Source: Podarcis filfolensis (lineage: Eukaryota). From it: a stretch of DNA of 64,000 nt. The stretch lies in NCBI GenBank assembly GCA_964270895.1, contig OZ185440.1. One strand, given 5' to 3'. Shown here in pieces: positions 11,112 to 22,750 of this stretch (positions are counted from its first letter, which is position 1; each line of letters starts with the position of its first letter). The position numbers and the translations under genes are program-made. The notes beneath the pieces were generated by a model. That model was given only the letters and a program-made list of their open reading frames with translations, was not told where the DNA came from and made no database searches.

Positions 11112-13775
11112 TCCTAAGATATCCAGCAAGGCAAAACAAGGGACTTGGAAAGTGGTTGGGTGATGGATTGGTTTGAAGTTTGCGGCACAGCTACAACTTG
11201 GCCAAATTGTGGCACACATTGGGCTTGTTGGAAATATGTGAGTTGCCTTGAAGAGAGGACAGCCAGTCATAAGAGTTCAGGATGGGAGATGGGCATATTT
11301 TACTTGAACCATTAAGCTGTATGACCCAGCTATGCCCCACTGAAGCAAATCACACAACTTAATTTTAGCTATTGACTCATCATCATCTAATTATCCAATC
11401 ATGCTTGAGTAGTTCATAAGTTTCTGTTATGACTCAACCCACCTGTCATTTGTTTTCCTGTTTTGCAATCTACCCCTTGTTTAAATGCACAGAGTAAGCG
11501 AGGTGGTATCTTTCCTCAGACTAGCAACAGTTTGGAGAAAATTATCTGAGAACTATGTTTTTGCTTATGGACGTCTAGCAATGAAAAGATGTCACTGATA
11601 AGGCTGAAGATGTTTTTCTTGTAAAAATTTTGTTTGAGAGGATTTCCCTTTCAATATATTTTCTACCAGTTTGCCAGAGGCGGTGCTGGGCAGACAAGTT
11701 GCTTTTGCTTTCCCTTTGCCAACTGCAGTCTACAATGGCTACACCTTCCCTTCTGTTCCCTTTTGGATAGCTGCAAGGGTTCTCAAGAAGTGCCCGTGTT
11801 CCAAAATTTACCTCTACACTACTGCTTGAAAGTCAACTGCACGAACGCCAACAGAACTTTCTTCAGACAAATCTCGCTATTTTTCTTTCAGAAATCCAAC
11901 GTGGGAAACAAAACTTGCTTCCCCATAAATGCGCTTTACCTTTTCCGCAGCCCCACCCCCTCCAATATATATTTTTGGTGCTACCTCTGCAGTTTAGAAT
12001 TTAATGGACCTAAGGTAGTCATGTCTGCTATTTTCAATGGGTCTACTCTAAGTAGGACCAACATTGGGCACAACCCAAAGAGTTTCTTTATATATCTAAA
12101 AAGATTTGTCCTATGGTTTGCCAACCCTTTCCAGTGTTCATATTGCCCTCTCGTATCTCAAATTTCTGGAGGCTACAAGTGTCCCACTTCTCTTCAGAAG
12201 GTCGCAAGAGGCCCAGTATACATTCCTCTACATTTAAGTCAATGCCAGGGCAGTATCGTAACAAACGAGGTTAATTCAAGGCATGGTCATTGCTAATGGG
12301 CTGTTTTAATGTGGCTGTTTTAAGATACAGCACCTAAGCACGTTCCACTTAATTACCAGTCTGTTCACATGGCTCCTAATTACTGTATTTTCTAATTTGC
12401 TCATTAAAGAATCTCACTACTACACTGTTCCTTTTTTGTTTTAAGAAAATGGAAGTGCCCATTAACTCACCTGTATGAGACAATCCATACTACTTAGTAT
12501 TTTGATTTTTCCCCCTGAAGAAGTGTAATGCAAAGAATTTCCACTAACAGTTAAAACCATTATTTCTGATCTTCACACTTTGTGTTTCCTGTGGTTAAAA
12601 GCAAAAAAATATAGGGGTGCTAACTGTGCCTGTGTGACTCATACAATGCCAGTTTTGATTTGTTTTTACTTACTTTTGCATTAGATGTTACAGTTCCCCT
12701 AGCGTGTACCACATTTAGATGAACTGAGCATATGGGGATAAGAGTTTGTGACAAGATTTAAGAGTGTCCATGAAAGGTATAAAAATCCTTACAAATCCAC
12801 AATAAATTATTTCAGATAAGTTGCCTAAACCAGAAATAAAATTGAGAACACAGGCCATAAAAATGAATGACTGATACCACCCTCAAGACCAATCTTTAAA
12901 ACTGGGTGTGTGCAGGCAACAGATTCAAATACCCATGCAACCATGAAGTTCATTAGAGACCTAGCATCAGTTGCTATTTCTTAGACTAACCATTGCACAG
13001 GGTGGTTGTGCAAATGCAAAGTTTTCAAGTTATCATATTGCTTCACTTCCAATCAGTGCATATCCTGTAACTTTTAATGCTGAAATCCTGTAATTTTTCA
13101 TACTACAAATGTGCTGTGGGGGTGTTGTCCTGCTTTCATTGCACAATAGTCTTTTCAGACAGTGAAAACGTAAAATTGGGGAAGCATCACAGAACAACTA
13201 ATAAAGCAGAATAAACCCACCACTAATGTGCTGTTATTGTATCAAGAACGCATCACATCTGGAGAGGCCTTTTATTCACTCATTCCTATACAGTATCTAG
13301 TCCTGGAGCACCTTGAATCTGACTTCTGTGGAACTGAATGTTTTGAGGTTTACAGAATGAGGTTACATTCACATGAACAGCTATGCTGTTTAGCGCTCTA
13401 ATTCTCATGAGCCACCAAGTCATTCCATGCATTCAATCAGTGGTCCTACTCATGTTCCCCCCACTGGACAAAAGGAAGATGGGCTGCATTTGACATTACT
13501 AAAATGGTGCAGATGTGTAGGGAGTAGCATAAAGAAACCACTTCCTATTCTGTTCATTCCTTGAACAGAAGGACCGGCCAGACCTGGAAGTATAATGAGT
13601 GCAAACCAAAAAGTGTGCACTCCTACAATCTTTCCTCATTCACAAGTACAAATGTTGAACAGGGGAAGGCAGGAGGGTCTACTTTCTCTCAAACAGTTAT
13701 TGCTGGAATAACAATGTTTCACTGCAATTGAAAGCAAACTATAGCAATTTGTGTGGTGGTTTATAAGGTATGGGT

Positions 13776-14129
13776 GGGACGCGGGTGGCGCTGTGGTCTA
13801 AACTACAGAGCCTAGGGATTTCTGATCAGAAGGTCAGCGGTTCGAATCCCCGCGACGGGGTGAGCTCCTGTTGCTCAGCCCCTGCTCCTGCCAACCTAGC
13901 AGTTCAAAAGCACGTCAAACTGCAAGTAGATAAATAGGTACTGCTCCAGCGGGAAGGTAAACAGCGTTGCTCTATGCACTGCTCTGGTTCGCCAGAAGCG
14001 GCTAAGTCATGCTGGCCACATGACCCGGAAGCTGTACGCCCACTCCCTCGGCCAATAAAGCGAGATGAGCGCCGCAACCCCAGAGTCGTCCACGGCTGGA
14101 CCTAACGGTCAGGGGTCCGTTTACCTTTA
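13776..14129 (+). mobile_element. Sauria SINE, full length
   Basis: GGGACGCGGGTGGCGCTGTGG head with A box, GGTTCGAATCC B box, TTTACCTTTA tail; similar to copies at 27629, 31894 and 48738. Confidence 0.92.
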
Positions 14130-14866
14130 AAAGGTATACAATGATGGAGCTTTTTTCAAAGTGGGACTTCATCCCTGGTATTACAACTATTAGATGAGAA
14201 GCCACTTTGAACAGGGACCCTGCTTATCTTAAGCAATGCACTGAGTGCACTGAATTTTAGATTTCACTGGAGGTAGTGTGACTTCCACACTCAAAACAAC
14301 AATTAGCAGCCAACATTTTTGTTTCTTCACTTTGCAGCTGCAAAAAATTCCTGGCCACCTCCTTCCTCATTGAGCTTGAGCCTGGCAACTTTTACTGGAA
14401 ACAATTCCAGACCGAGTGTTTCTAAGCATGTGCAGATTGACCTTTCTTTCTGAAATGGAAGATTACTAGCTTCTGTCTTTAAAAAAAGACCAACGGATGC
14501 ATTACCCTTCAAAAATGGCTAGAACCTGTCCTTCCTGTTCTGAAATTTGGCCAAGGGCTTGGTTGAAAAAGGCTGCCTGCCTTCACCTTGAGGCATTATC
14601 GCAGTCCCTGACTGTGCTCAGATAAAACGAGGTGGCCGAGTTTAAGGTGGTCGTAGCGTGGATTTTACCACTCAACGTTTGGAATGCCCCCTTTAATTAA
14701 AAACAAGAACCCCAAAGCACCTAACTAGGGAAGCAGCAGGGCAGGGCAGGTCTGTGTGCTAGAACCTGGATGTCACAGCCAGTACCATCATTAGGCTAAC
14801 TAGGCATCAGCCTTGGGCACAGACCTCAGAAGGGCTCAGTACTAACTTTTGAGGGGCACAGTTATG

Positions 14867-15048
14867 CAGATCCTCCAAGTGGCCCTATTTTCCAGGAACA
14901 GTCCTGGATTTACAGAAGCCATCCCAGTTTATAATTTGATCCTGGAATGTCCTGCTTTTCCTTAGGACGTCCCTATTTTTATTGGAGAAATGTTGGAGGG
15001 TATGGTAGGACACCCCTATTTTTATCTGAGAAATGTTGGGCGGTATAG
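14867..15048. mobile_element. Unclassified DNA-type MITE with duplicated right end
   Basis: Imperfect TIRs CAGATCCTCCAA / TTGGAGGGTATG. A ~41-bp unit AGGACGTCCCTATTTTTA..GGAGAAATGTTGGAGGGTATG is repeated in tandem, with a third copy at 15246-15288. Confidence 0.55.
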
Positions 15049-15240
15049 AGTTATGCGACTCCCGAGCCAAGGAGATAAGTAACTATACAACTTTTAGAAG
15101 ACATCTGAAGGCAGCTCTTTATGATGAAGTTTTCTTAATGTTTTATTGTGTTTTATATATGTTGGAAGCTGCCCAGAGTGATTGGGGCAACCCAGTCGGA
15201 TGGGCGGGGTATAAGTATTATTATTATTACTACTACTACA
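15049..15240 (+). mobile_element. L2-type LINE 3' tail
   Basis: acaacttttagaagacatctgaaggcagc...gatgggcggggtataag(tat)n, closely similar to 47380-47512. Confidence 0.75.
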
Positions 15241-15399
15241 GGATAGGACCTCCCTATTTTTAACGGAGGAATGTTGAAGAGTGTGTTTTATACAGATTAT
15301 TTTTTGTTGCCTCTTATAAATTTCTGACAGTAGCCCATACAAAGTCCATACAAAAGGAATTCATACAAAGACATTCCTTTTGAAAATCGAAGCTAGCCT

Positions 15400-17020
15400 T
15401 TTTTATTATTTTGGAGAGGGGTGCAAGCAGTCGGCCTTGCCGCAAAAGAGCCTGCCACCTGCGCTGCTTGGCGCGCGAAGTTCCTAGGCGCAAAGAGCGG
15501 TTTGCTCGCAGGAGGAGCGCAATCCGCGCCTCGCCTGCGCTCACCTGCCACCTGAAGCGACCCAGCAGCCGCCTCCTCTTACCTCCGACTGCCGCGCCTC
15601 CTCCCGGCGCAACTTTGCGCGCGGAGGGCGCGTCCCTCGGGCGGGAACAGGAAGCGTGCCGCCCTAGCCACCTCCGACGGAGCCGCAGCCTCGGCTCGCG
15701 TCTTGTCCCAGGGCCTCCCTGAGGAGCGGCGGTGGCGGTGGCCGAGCCCGCCCCTCTCCCAGCCTCCATCGCGGCTGCCCGCCTTCCTCCTCCTCCTCCT
15801 CCTCCTCCTCCCTCCTCCTCTCCCAATTCCCATCCCCAAGCAAGGCGGAGCTGGAGATTGAACCTTCGGCTGCCGCTACCGCCGCCACCTCTCCGCCCGT
15901 CTCCCAGGCGCCCGAAGCGAGACTGCCACCCCCTTCCCTCCCGGTGCTAATTTCGAGGGGGCGACGCGGGGGCAACAAACAAGGGGCGGCGGGGGTCGCG
16001 CCTTCTCCGGCGGCAGCAGCAGCAACAGCAGCCGAAGCCGCAGCAGCGCCCTGACGAGAAGCGCCACAAAGGAGCGCCAGCGGCGGCGGAGCTTTGCGCC
16101 GCCTGCGGAGTCGCCATGAGCTGGGGCACGGAGCTGTGGGTGAGTAGTCCGCCCTTTCATTGTGTCTGGTGGTTGGGAGGGGGGGGGGTCGGGTCCACGC
16201 TCCGAGGGAAGAAAAAAGAGGGAGGACGGCTTCATTTGGGGGGGGACGCTCCTTTGGGGAGGCGCCGTGCCCGGGGATGCGCGCGGGTGGTCGGGGCGCC
16301 TTTGTTGGAGGAAGTGTTGTGGCGAAGCGCCCGAGGCGGGTAATGGGTACTGAGGGGAGGCGAGTGGGGTTTTTTTGGGGGGTCGGGTCGGGGAATTTCC
16401 CCTGGATAGGCGAGCAGAGGGCTGGGAAAGGGGTGGGGGGACGCCACACAAATCCTCATTTGTCATTTTCTTGGTGGAGGCGACCCCCTTATTCCTCTTC
16501 CACCCCAATCTCCCCTGCTGGCGTGTAAAGCGGGGTGCCCCTCATTTCAGGACCCTGGGAGCGGTGAAAGGCGGGTGAGACCCTCGCATCGGCGCCCCCC
16601 TCCTCCTCTTCTATGGGCGGTGCGTGGGTTGCTCTGGTTTACTTGCCATGCAGGGTCTCCCCCCCCCTTCCTCTTTCTCTGTCTTCTTTCTTAAACAAAG
16701 GAAAGGTGTTCGGACACAAGCCAGCAGTGGCACATTGAATGCACGGCTTGGTGAGATAAGCCGGTGGCTCTGCGCGCAGTTTGTGTATGTAGCGAACCCC
16801 TCCCCTCCCTCCTCCCCCCCCCCCCCGCTTAAGAAAATAAAGGTGAAAATGACTTTCAGGTTTGATTGCTTCCCTTTGGTGTGAGTCAGCTGCGCCTTGG
16901 ATCCTGCTTGAAGAGTTTCAGACAATACTGGGCCACTAGGGAAGGGCTACGACGAGAAAGCGATGTGCTGGGGGGGGGGTCGTAAAAAGACGAGGCGAGG
17001 GGCTTTTGCTGAGGGCGCTG
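15400..17020 (+). promoter_or_regulatory. FNBP1L: CpG island / FNBP1L promoter and 5'UTR
   Basis: Abrupt switch to GC- and CpG-rich sequence with GC-box-like motifs, (CCT)n and CAG-rich tracts, surrounding the first coding exon. The TSS cannot be fixed from sequence. Confidence 0.9.
16116..16139 (+). CDS. FNBP1L: FNBP1L coding exon 1 (MSWGTELW)
   Basis: gtcgccATGAGCTGGGGCACGGAGCTGTGG|gtgagt: Kozak-like start, the CIP4/FBP17/TOCA-1 family N-terminus, and a strong donor. Confidence 0.96.
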
Positions 17021-17795
17021 CAAGCTCCTTTTGGAAGACAAGTTGCAGATCTAGCCTTTATTTGCGTTCATTCGAACTCTAGGGCTAAAGTCAGAGGAAT
17101 TGCAGTCTTATTGTTGATGCAGGTCAGGCAGGCAGGTCTGAGTCACTGGGAAACCCATATATTAACATTCTAAGACGCTGCTCCTTGGTGCAGAAAATTT
17201 TGTGCATAGTACTACAGTGTTTTCTGACAAATCCTTGGGTGGGTCGAGAAACAGGCAAGCGGTTCGTTTTGCTGTTCAGAACCATGCAGTCTCCTTTCTT
17301 GAAAATCTCATTAGTTAGAGCTTGCTGATTGCTACAAGGGTAGGAAAGCCAAGGTAAAAACAGCTCCATGGAGCCAACATGACATAGTTCCTAAGGCACC
17401 AGCTGCCACTGGTCCGTTGTACAGATGAGCACTCCCTCTGTTGGTTCAATAAATGGAAGGAGGCTCATGGTGAACATTTGAGGTTGGGGAAATAATTTTG
17501 AAGCCCAATTCTGAACCATATAGTGGCTGGTGCATGACAGTCTTTGACTAATAAAAATGACGTAGGACTATTAAAAATAGGTTTTTGTTGTGTGTATGGG
17601 CTATCAGCATGCCCTGTCATTCAGTGGTTATGCTTGGCTCTAGCTTAAGGGGTACTTTGATGTTGGCTTCAGTAGACTGCAGAGATTTTCCCGTCACCAT
17701 CTGCATTATATTCCAATAAGCATTTTTACAAAATTTAGTATTATATCAAGTGTTTATACACACCGTTAGCAAAATAAGGACACAGAAATACTGTA

Positions 17796-18036
17796 TAGTC
17801 GTACCTTGGAAATCGAACGGAATCCGTTCCGGAAGTCCGTTCGACTTCCAAAACGTTCAGAAACCAAGGTGCGGTTTCCGATTGGCTCCAGGAAGCTCCT
17901 GCAGCCAATCAGAAGCTGCGTCAGACGTTCGGGTTCCCAAGAATGTTCACAAATCGGAACACTCACTTCCGGGTTTGCAGCGTTTGGGAGCGAAAACGTT
18001 TGAGTCACAAGGCGTTTGGGATCCATGGTACGACAT
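17796..18036. mobile_element. Tigger-like MITE, family B
   Basis: TA|TAGTCGTACCTTGG...CATGGTACGACA; homologous to 52711 and 57370 (inverted). Confidence 0.8.
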
Positions 18037-18954
18037 TCATTTGTTCACAAAACTACATTAGCTACAGAAGGAATTCATGTTTCCGAAGAGTAAGCTTCTT
18101 AACATTTTATAGCCTGTTGGTGTCATGTCAGGTTATAGTGCTTTCGAACCTGTTGGTTTGAAAATAAAATACATATTTTATGTGTATGCGGGCAGCATCA
18201 ATAAAGCTTTAAATGTGTCTGTTCATAACCCCTCTTTTGGAGGGATAGGTAAAGGAATCAGGCTAAGCATTAAGAATATGGTAAGCAAATCTGCAATCCT
18301 AACCCTGTTTGGGAGTTAGCTGCAATGAACTCAATAGGAGTTTCTTCTGATTGATTACAGTCTGATTGACTGGATTCTGCCATAATATGCTACTTGAAGT
18401 AGCCCTAGGTATCATCTTTTTTACTGTGTGTCTTTGTGTGTACCTGACTGCAGTATAGTACATAGTGGCAGGCTTTATTCAGAAGAAACAGTGCAAAACA
18501 TGTACTGTACGCATTTGTTCTTTACTATGTCATTTACCAGATTTTTCAGGTTTTCTTACTGTTTTCTCATTTTCTTGTTTTTCTGGATTTAAAGCTGACC
18601 TGGAAAATCCTTTGAAGATACAAATAAAAAACCTAAACTTTCAGTGTGTTCTAAAACACTTAGTTTATTCTTAAAATTAGGCCTACGTTTATTCCTTGAC
18701 TTTCTGTATGAAATAAACCTAAGCCTATGTCTTTTAAATTGCCGAAAAAACAATGCTTACCATTCCTCCTGTTGACTTGGTGCCATTTGTTTCAGGTTGT
18801 CAGACCCTCTTGACCTGTGTAGATGATCTGCTGATATGTTCCTTTCTAAAACCCTGTTCTGTCTTGTTCTATGCCTCCTGAGTCATAACAGCTTCTGAAG
18901 GGAAAAGCGTGCCATTTCTCTGTCAATATATATTGGGCAGTAGTGCAAGTAGTT

Positions 18955-19270
18955 GCTGCTTCTTCTTCTTTGGCGATCACTTTTAGCCGAGTAAGATTGT
19001 CTTCCATAAACACGGTTTTAACAATGAGTCTGTGAGTGACTGTGGAGGCCAGTTCTGGATCCACACGTCCTTCCATAGTGGGGACATATGTTTCCGGGCG
19101 GGAGTTGATCACGGTGAGGGTTTGCCAAGCGTGCCTTCCTCTTAGCATGGTTCTCCCCCTTTCATCCTGAGTTTGAGTGTCTTCAAAGCCCATGACACCT
19201 TTGGTAAAGGCTGTTCTCCAACTGGAGCACTCGCAGGCCAGTGTTTCCCAGTTGTCAGTGTTTATACTAC
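18955..19270 (-). mobile_element. RTE-clade LINE 3' end (not Bov-B), (GAA)n tail
   Basis: Minus strand gives the RTE C-terminus NWETLACECSSWRTAFTKGVMGFEDT...KARLANPHRDQLPPGNICPHYGRTCGSRTGLHSHSQTH (frameshifted; degenerate C2H2-like motif), ending in gaagaagaag. Confidence 0.75.
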
Positions 19271-19778
19271 ATTTTTTTTAGATTTGCCTTGAGACAGTCT
19301 TTAAACCTCTTTTGCTGACCACCAGCATGACGCTTTCCATTTTTAACTTCGGAATAGAGTAGTTGTTTTGGAAGACGATCATAAGTAGCACTACTATTCT
19401 GGCATATGCAGTATTAATTGGAACCAGAGAAAAAATATTTATGCAAAGGCAACAAAGCATTCTTCTGCACAGCCAGTAGAAATGGGCGTTTATTTATGCT
19501 TGTATTATTTTTATTTGTCACCTACTCTTCACCTGTTATGGTCCCAGGATAGGTCACAACAATTTAAACTGCATCATTAGAAACAGTTTTAAAACTTAAG
19601 CAATCACAAAAAATAGGGTGGGTCCTGAAAATATATACCTCAAGTGCCAGAGGCCAGGGTAAATGAAGCCTTTATAATAGAAAGCAGTATCGAATCTGCT
19701 AGGTGAGTTTACCATCTGTAATATCACCCGCCGACTGCAGATTTCTCCTGCTGCCAGTGCCACTGCTGCTTTTGTGTG

Positions 19779-19945
19779 CAGTGGTACCTTGGAAGTCGAA
19801 CGGAATCCGTTCTGGAAGTCCGTTCGACTTCCAAAACGTTCGGAAACCAAGGCATGGCTTCCAATTGGCCGCAGGAAGTTGCAAACGCTGCGGGTTGCGA
19901 ATGTGCTTCCTGCATGGATCACGTTCGCAACCTGAGCGTCCACTG
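19779..19945. mobile_element. Chimeric Tigger-like MITE
   Basis: The left ~100 bp match family B (17796). The right end CGTTCGCAACCTGAGCGTCCACTG|TA belongs to a different TIR type. Confidence 0.65.
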
Positions 19946-20340
19946 TACTAGAATATGGAGTGCTGGCCTTAGCTGGAAGCAACCATAGCTGGAAATACTT
20001 GTGCCTCATGTGACAGTTTTGGAACCACCTGGGTTACTAGCCTGCTTCTTCCACGTTCCAGCACAATGGAGTTATAGTAAAAACTTTCCACCCATATTAA
20101 CCACTGAACCCTTGTGTACTGGCCAAAGAATTGAGGTTTCTGGCAAAACATGTCATCTTTGATCTAATTTATATCATGGTAACATTTAGTCTTTAGCCCT
20201 GAAGACAGTTGCATTAGCAGGTGTGTCTCATTAATTTATGATGGGGATGTATCTGGGACAGCATTGGAGCTCTAAAGCAGAGTAAAGACGAGAACTAGTA
20301 TGTAAAAGTAATAGCTTTTCTCAAGTCCTGCTATGAAAAT

Positions 20341-20410
20341 TGTAGAATTGTGGAGTTGGAATGGGCCATGGGGGGTCATCTAGTCCAACCCCCTGGCCAA
20401 CGTGGGGCTC
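20341..20410 (-). mobile_element. Short tRNA-Lys 3' remnant fused to a CR1 tail (SINE fragment)
   Basis: Reverse complement gagccccacgttggccagggggttggactagatgacc...ttccaactccacaattctac. Confidence 0.6.
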
Positions 20411-20629
20411 TTCCACTGCTCTAACACTTTTATGGGAGATGAACAAGAAAAAATCCGCTGTGCACCCGAGAATTAGGATTAGCTCCTGTTTGCACAAATA
20501 ATGATGAATTAGACATTTGAAGGATTGCAGATTTTGATAACATTGATGGCAAAGGAAGACATGTCATGAATTGTGGTGGCAGACAAGCTTTCAACCTGGC
20601 TTGTCTTTAAATAACTGCCTAGGATGTGA

Positions 20630-21590
20630 AATCTGTATGTGGGACAAGAAGCTACAGTTAGAACTGGATATGGAACAACTGATTGGTTCAAAATTGGGAA
20701 AGGAGTACGGCAAAGCTGTATATTGTCTCCCTGCTTATTTAACTTATATGCAGAATTCATCATGCGAAAGGCTGGGCTGGATGAATCCCAAGCCGGAATT
20801 AAGATTGCCGGAAGAAATATCAACAACCTCAGATATGCAGGTGACACAACCTTGATGGCAGAAAGTGAGGAGGAACTAAAGAACCTTTTAATGAGGGTGA
20901 ACGAGGAGAGCGCAAAATATGGTCTGAAGCTCAACATCAAAAAAACGAAGATCATGGCCACTGGGCCCATTACCTCCTGGCAAATAGAAGGGGAAGAAAT
21001 GGAGGCAGTGAGAGATTTTACTTTCTTGGGCTCCATGATCACTGCAGATGGTGACAGCATCTTTCTCCTTGGGAGAAAGGCGATGGCAAACCTAGACAGC
21101 ATCTTAAAAAGCAGAGACATCACCTTGCCAACAAAGGTCTGTATAGTTAAAGCCATGGTTTTCCCAGTAGTGATGTATGGAAGTGAGAGCTGGACCATAA
21201 AGAAGGCTGATCGCCGAAGAATAGATGCTTTTGAATTATGGTGCTGGAGGAGACTCTTGAGAGTCCCATGGACTGCAAGAAGATCAAACGCATCCATTCT
21301 TAAGGAAATTAGCCCTGAGTGCTCACTGGAAGGACAGATCGTGAAGCTGAGGCTCCAATACTTTGGCCACCTCATGAGAAGAGAAGACTCCCTGAAAAAG
21401 ACCCTGATGTTGGGAAAGATTGAGGGCACAAGGAGAAGGGGACAACAGAGGATGAGATGGTTGGACAGTCTTGAAGCTACAAACATGAGTCTGACCAAAC
21501 TGCGGGAGGCAGTGGAAGACAGAAATGCCTGGCGTGCTCTGGTCCATGGGGTCACGAAGAGTCGGACATGACTAAACAACAACAACAACA
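20630..21590 (+). mobile_element. Bov-B (RTE) LINE, 5'-truncated, RT C-terminal half
   Basis: ORF 20639-21571: GVRQSCILSPCLFNLYAE...LRYAGDTTLMA...CWRRLLRVPWTARRSN; (CAA)n tail; approximate TSD aggatgtga/aagatgtga. Confidence 0.95.
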
Positions 21591-22599
21591 AAGATGTGAT
21601 TGCAATGAGAACTGATAAATTTCAATTTGTATCTGTATTTCTAATAGTATATGCTATTGTATATCTATTGTAGATTAGTGGGGGTTTTTTGTTTTTTGTT
21701 TTAAAAGCACTTTACGAATTTGTTCTTCTGGCTATACTTTGTGCCTCATAACATTACTTATAAAACAAGTGCTTCATGTGTAAGGATTTACACTGTGTGC
21801 TCATAATACTTGGATATTTTTGTATCTTTTGATACAGAATTGGAGTCCAAAAATGATAATAACACACTTATGAGCTGACCTTTGGAAAGCTATAAATCTG
21901 TTTCTTTTGCTTTATAGTGCAGGAAAATGGCTTCAAGGCTTCTTTTGAGATGTGCGTCCCCACAGATTATACGCACTCCCTGAAATGGCTTAATCTCTGG
22001 TGTGTTGTACACACTTGCTTCCCCTCCCCCCATGACCATGTTTTTATTTTTGCTTTTTATGTACCAAGAAATGATGTATATTCATTACCTCGATTTGACT
22101 ACCTTATTTTGGGAGGAATTCAGCTTTCCACCAGTGCAAGCATTTCAGCTTGCTAGACACAGTGATCCCACCTCCTCTCCTGGCTCCCCCACCCAATGGG
22201 GGGGGGGGAAGTGTGGGGAGGAGAAGGGGCAAAAGTTCTTGCACAGGGCTCCTGGTAACCGGACTTGTTACATGGATCCTGTGCTTTGTAATTAAACGAA
22301 TGATTGAGAATTAGCTCAGGGGCTTAACACGTTTACAGTGTATTAAAATGCACGCCTGCTCAAAAGTAAACCCCACTGATTTCTCAAGCAGTGTTAGAAA
22401 TTAGCCAGGCGCCAGGTGCGTTTTGCAACTGGCACGGGTCCAATTGTGACCAGAGATGGAGATCTCTGGATGCGAGGTTGGGGACTGACATCTTCATCTG
22501 GCTGGTTCCTCCATCTTTCTTAAGCAGATCTGCTGAACAGCTTATTTACTGCATGTAGATTCCCACCTTCTTCTCCAAGGAGTACATGGTTCAACCCCA

Positions 22600-22750
22600 C
22601 CTCACCCCCACCCCCCAGTTAATCCCTATAACACCCCTGTGAGGTAGGTTCAGAGGCTGTGGCTGGACCAGGGTCACCCTGTAAGCTTCACCACTGAGTG
22701 GAGATTTGAACCCTGACCTCGTCCAACACTAACCATTGCACCGCACTGCC
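22600..22750 (-). mobile_element. Old MIR/CORE-like SINE
   Basis: aatccctataacacccctgtgaggtagg...ggagatttgaaccc...ctaaccattgcaccgcactgcc: CORE region plus reverse B and A boxes. Confidence 0.6.

Noticed and set aside
15951-16115. In-frame open stretch upstream of the FNBP1L ATG (…RRQQQQQQPKPQQRPDEKRHKGAPAAAELCAACGVA-M), suggesting a polyQ N-terminal extension
   Set aside because: Bounded by TAA at 15948-15950 with no in-frame ATG, CTG, GTG, TTG or ACG; open frames are expected in GC-rich DNA.
15314-16578. Many long overlapping ORFs (e.g. 15664-16449, 261 aa, minus strand)
   Set aside because: Low-complexity Pro/Ala/Arg/Gly products typical of a CpG island; no family resemblance.
20509-21591. 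360-aa minus-strand ORF
   Set aside because: It is the antisense shadow of the Bov-B RT frame.
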